Assembly (NCBI GenBank): GCA_046563655.1
Contig: CM102283.1
Coordinates: forward strand, 1,488,001-1,552,000
Length of the DNA stretch: 64,000 bases
Reading direction: 5' to 3'
From: Yuukianura sp. NJ FZ-2021
Taxonomy: Eukaryota
The notes under the pieces were generated by a model. The model was not told the origin of the DNA, searched no databases, and worked only from the letters and a program-made list of their open reading frames with translations. The stretch's first letter is position 1. Each line of letters begins with the position of its first letter. Made by a program: the position numbers and the translations under genes. This document shows, in pieces, positions 59,335-64,000 of this stretch.

Positions 59335-61864
59335 ATGACCTTGCTAGTTGTTCCAAAGTTGTTAGTGTTGTCTATTGGACTCGTTCAACAATCAAGTTAC
59401 CCAAAAGATTCGTTCGATGTTATGAAAAACAGCTTTGAATTGTCTCTGTTCGGAAACATTGAAATTGCAAAACAATTACGTACGAAACCATTTTTCATTT
59501 ATTTCATTGAAGTATTTAAAATTTAAAGATTTTAGCAATTTTTGTAATTTTGTAAAGAAGTTTTTGAAATTTATGTTGTAGTAGCTTTTGAAGCTCCACA
59601 ACTTTCAATATCTGCCGTTCAAAGTGGCAATGAAAGCAAAACTCAAAAAGCAAACTTTGGAATGAATTTGATTGAAGTTATTCTGGAAAATACACTCGAT
59701 TCTTTGAACCAAACAATTTCAAAGGTATTGCCAATCAGCAATGTTTTCAACACAGAAAATGAGATTTCAAAATTTTAATTTTGAAACAAAAGTTATTTTT
59801 GTACAGATAATTGAAAATGAGAATTCTGGATCTTCGAAATTGTCGTTTGTCCTTTGGCCCGAACCTTGTTCAAACAAGGCAGACGTTTCTCAAATATTTT
59901 TCAAATTCGCTCAGCAGTATTTCACCAAACTCAATCTTCACACGAACATCTATGTTATGTTTCGTGTTCAAAACAACTGTTCAGCGGAACAAAAATTTTC
60001 AAAATCGGACTCAAATTTTGAAACAGTAGTTTTTGAAGGATACACAGTTGGCGACAAATTCATTTACAATCAAGTCGAAATTGAAAATGGAAACACACTA
60101 AACTGGATGACTTTGAGCAACAAAATTTCTAGAAGAAAAATTACACAAAAGGCAATTCTGCGGGCAATCAGCGTCGTAAGTAAAAAAAAAATTCACAATT
60201 TTTTTAACTTTTCAAAACTTTTTTGAAATCTGTTGCTAGAATGATTCTGAGTGGGAAAACGAAACGAAGTATAGCGTTCCACAAGCTAACGACACTGAAA
60301 TTGAATTTGAAAGCGGTTATGCAGTCGACATGCTATGGGTCATCCGGGATATGTTCAATTTCAGGTAATTTTTAAAAAAAAGTTATATTATATTCATTAT
60401 CATTTTTTATATTTTTGTTATATATTATAATTTATGTTTTTGTTAGAATAAAAGCCATGGTAGGAAACTGGACAGGCATTATGGAAGATGAAAGCGGGAA
60501 ATGCGATAGTAAATTTGTGGGAACCGCTGGAATCGTTAGAGCAGGAGACGCAGACATCAGCATTTCTCAGCAATCGCAAAGTTTGGCCTACATGCAGAAT
60601 GGCTTGCATTGGCTTCATCCGACAAATGCTGCTGGGTATACATGGCCGCCAATAATTTCGAAATTTAAAAAAAAAATTTGTTTCAAAATGTAATTTTTCT
60701 TATGCGTTTTAGCTTGAGGCTTTATTTTATCCAACCTGAAATGAGTCAGTACCGCGACATCTTCGTAACTCCGTTTACGAAAGAGTTGTGGATGACTGTT
60801 ATCGGAATTTTCGGTGTCATTCTTGTTACTATAAAAATTTTGGGTTGGATTCTACCATATTTTGCAGAAGATGAAGATGAAAACGACTCGGAAGTTGTTG
60901 GGAGTGTCATCCTCTGGACTGTGGCTGTCGTTAGTCAGCAAGGTTTAAAAAAAAAGTACTTTTTAAATTGCAAGTTTTTCAACTTTTTGAATTTTCAAAA
61001 TTTGAATTTGACAGGATTTCACGTTGAACCTTCTTCTTTGTCAATTCGAATTGTGTTTCTGTTTGGATATGTTACGGGGCTCCTGTGTTTTATTGCCTAC
61101 TCTGCCCAAATCGTTTCCACGTTAAGTGTGAAATCAGTTCCTATCCATACGGCAGATGATGTGCTAAACGGTCGGTTTCATCTGTATGCTAACCCCAACA
61201 ATACACCAAAACCCGTCATCGATCACGTAATTACATTAGAATTACCGTATTTCCTAACATATACGACGCACTTTCATAATTACAGATTTTGAAAGAACAA
61301 AAACGAAACTCGGCGTCTGTTTTTATGGATGAGAAAGATGCAATAAAGCTGATTTTGAAATCAAGGTACGAAATGCAAGCACTCGTCGCAGAACCTGACG
61401 AATTCTACACAGAAGCTGCTAATCTCAACTGCACAAACAAAGAAGTTTGTGACACTTTTTCGTCTCTTCGTTTGCACAGAGTTCCAATCAAAGGCGGAAT
61501 GTTTGTCGGTAGGAACTCACCTTACAAGGAGTGGTTCAATTATGCGTAAGGTTAAACAAAAATTTTTTTCTAATATGATTTTGAATTGGAATTCAAATTT
61601 TGAAATTTGATTTTTAGGATTATTCTGATGTTGGAACGTGGTTTGAACCATCGGTTTGTTTCCAGTTACATTCGAAAAAGCTGGGTGGTTTGCTTGGATG
61701 AAAAAAGCGCGCACGTTCGACCAGTGAAAATCGTCGACATTTTGTCGGCATTTAAAATTCTTGGATTCGGTCATGCGTTGAGCCTCGTGCTGCTCGGGAT
61801 TGAACTACTTTTGAAATTTCGCACCAAGAACAAAATGGCCCAAGCTGGACAATTTATGATGTAA
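59335..61864 (+). CDS. Divergent ionotropic receptor (IR, iGluR-related chemoreceptor), copy 1
   Basis: GDADISIS, YFIQP...IFVTPFTKELWM, VVSQQG, PSSLSIRIV, AYSAQIVSTLS, RNSPYKEWFN, MLERGL, and a final TM helix. Confidence 0.85.
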
Positions 61865-62459
61865 AGCTTTAAATCAATTTATTTCAAAGTTAAGCTATTG
61901 TTTGCTATTTTTATTTCTTGAAATTTCTTTATTACATTCTCTCGTGCTAGAATCAGATACAGTAAACTCACTTTCTAGCGTTACTTTTCAAAAAAAATCA
62001 TTATTAGGCTAAAAAAAATTCCTAAAGTAATAACTTTTTCATTTAGAAGAAACTAAAATTTTCGAAAAGTAAGCTTTCGTTTTTGATACTATAATGTCTT
62101 CTTACCATAGGGACTTTCCTAAAAAATATTGAAGATTTTTTTTTGTGCAAACCAAATCAATATGAAAGTGGCAATTCTCTATTGAAAGGACATTGAAGTG
62201 AGTGATGCTTTTTGACAGAATTCAAACATTCACTACAATTATTCCTAACGAATTCTTTGAACACTACTTCATTTTCCCGTTTTGAATAAAAATCAATACA
62301 CTTGAAGACTTTTTTTAGAGTTGGAATTTTCGGATTTGGAGCATTTCTGCTTCAAAATTTTAACCAAAAAGAATACCGCAGTTAGAATCTGGAGGAAAAC
62401 AAATACGGAGGTTCTAAAAACGCGGAGAAAAGTTTAAAGGTTACAAAGGTCACGGGGCA

Positions 62460-64000
62460 ATGACTTTGTTAGTGGTGCCAAAGTTGTTAGTTTTGTCAAT
62501 GGGAGTTGTTCAGCAATTCAATTATTCAAACGATTCTTTCAGCGTTTTGAAAAACGGTGCGGAAATGTCTCTGTACGGAAACGTTGAAATTGGAAAACAA
62601 TTATGTATGAAACTATTGTTGAAAAATAGCACTAACTTATGTTATAGATTCAAATTTAAACATTTAGTAATACGTTCAAAGTTTAAAAATTATGTTATAG
62701 TAGCTTCAGAGGCTCCGCAACTCACAATTTCTGCCGTTCAAAGTATCAAAGAAAGCAAAACTCAAAAGGAAAATTTTGGAATGAATTTGGTTGAAGTTAT
62801 TGTGGAAAACACACTCGATTTGTTGAACCAATCTATTTCGAAGGTAGCGTTAATCAGCAATATTTATAAAAACAGAACAAAATGTCAAAATTTTGGTTTT
62901 TGAAACACTTATTTTTACACAGATAATTGACAATGAGAATTCTGGATCTTCGAAATTGTCGTTTTTTCTTTGGCCCGAACCTTGTTCAAACAAAGCAGAA
63001 GTTTCTCAAATATTTTCCAAAATCGCCCAGCAGTATTTCACAAAACTAAATCTTCAAACAAACATCTATGTTATGTTTCGTGTTCAAAACAACTGTTCAG
63101 CGGAACCAAAATTTTCAATATCGGACTCAAATTTTGAAGCAGTAGTTTTCGAAGGATACACAGTTGGCGACAAATTAATTTGCAATCAAGTCGAAATTGA
63201 AGATGGAAACACTCTCAACTGGATGACTTTGAGCAACAAAATTTCTAGAAGAAAAAATACACAAAAGGCAATCCTCCGTGCAATCAGCGTCGTAAGCAAA
63301 AAAAAATCACAATTTTTTAAACTTTTCAAAAAAAGTTTTGAAACCTGTCACTAGAATGATTCTGAGTGGGAAAACGAAACGAAGTATCGCATTCCAAAAT
63401 CTGACGACACTGAAATCGAATTTGAAAGCGGTTATGCAGTCGACATGTTATGGGTCATCCGGGATATGTTCAATTTCAGGTAAATCTTTTTTAAAAAAAG
63501 TTATATTATATTATCATTTTTATATATTTTTGTTATATACATTTAAGTTTCCTTTTTGTTAGAATAAAAGCTATGGTGGGAAACTGGACGAGCATTATGG
63601 AAGACGAAAGCAGGCTATCCGAAAGCAAATTGGTGGGAGCCGGACGCATCGTTAAAGCGGGAGACGCAGACATCAGCATTTCTCAACAATCGCAAAACTT
63701 GGGTTACATGCAACATGGCCTTCATTTACTTCATCCGACGAATGCTGCTGGGTACTCATACCTGAAAAAAGTCTTTAGAAAAATTTTTTAATTCCTTTTT
63801 CAAAATGGTTTTTATGGGTTTTAGTTTGAGACTTTATTTTATCCAACCTGAGATGAGTCAGTACCGCGACATCTTCGTAACTCCGTTTGCAAACGTTTTG
63901 TGGATTACCGTCATCGGGATTTTCGGGGTCATTGTTGTCACGATAAAATTTTTCGGTTGGATTCTTATTCACGCTGCAAAAGACGAAGATGAAAACGACT
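62460..64000 (+). CDS. Divergent ionotropic receptor, tandem copy 2 (runs off the window)
   Basis: Exon-by-exon similarity to 59335-60890. Confidence 0.85.

Overview
AT-rich, intron-containing eukaryotic DNA from an arthropod. The gene mix suggests a springtail or related hexapod, but that is inference only. The centrepiece is a young, intact 9.2-kb Ty3/gypsy LTR retrotransposon (18561-27774, minus strand, identical 249-bp LTRs, ATGA target-site duplication) inserted into a coding exon of a two-Tudor-domain gene. It has gag and pol, but in place of env it carries an ORF3 encoding an Rrp6/RNase D-like DEDDy 3'-5' exonuclease, an HRDC domain and a CCHC knuckle. Its 5' leader holds 23+1 small covarying RNA hairpins with an invariant AGUA tetraloop. 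Next to it lies an rvt-type cellular reverse-transcriptase gene with substituted catalytic aspartates and a GC-AG intron apparently created by a MITE insertion. Other genes: SPRY+META fusion, LRAT/HRASLS-family protein, Gly/His-rich secreted peptide, F-box protein, four tandem C-type lectins plus a relic, holocarboxylase synthetase, laminin beta-1, a GT-A-like protein of possible foreign origin, a defensin-like peptide and two tandem ionotropic receptors. All family assignments are from motif recognition by eye, not database searches.
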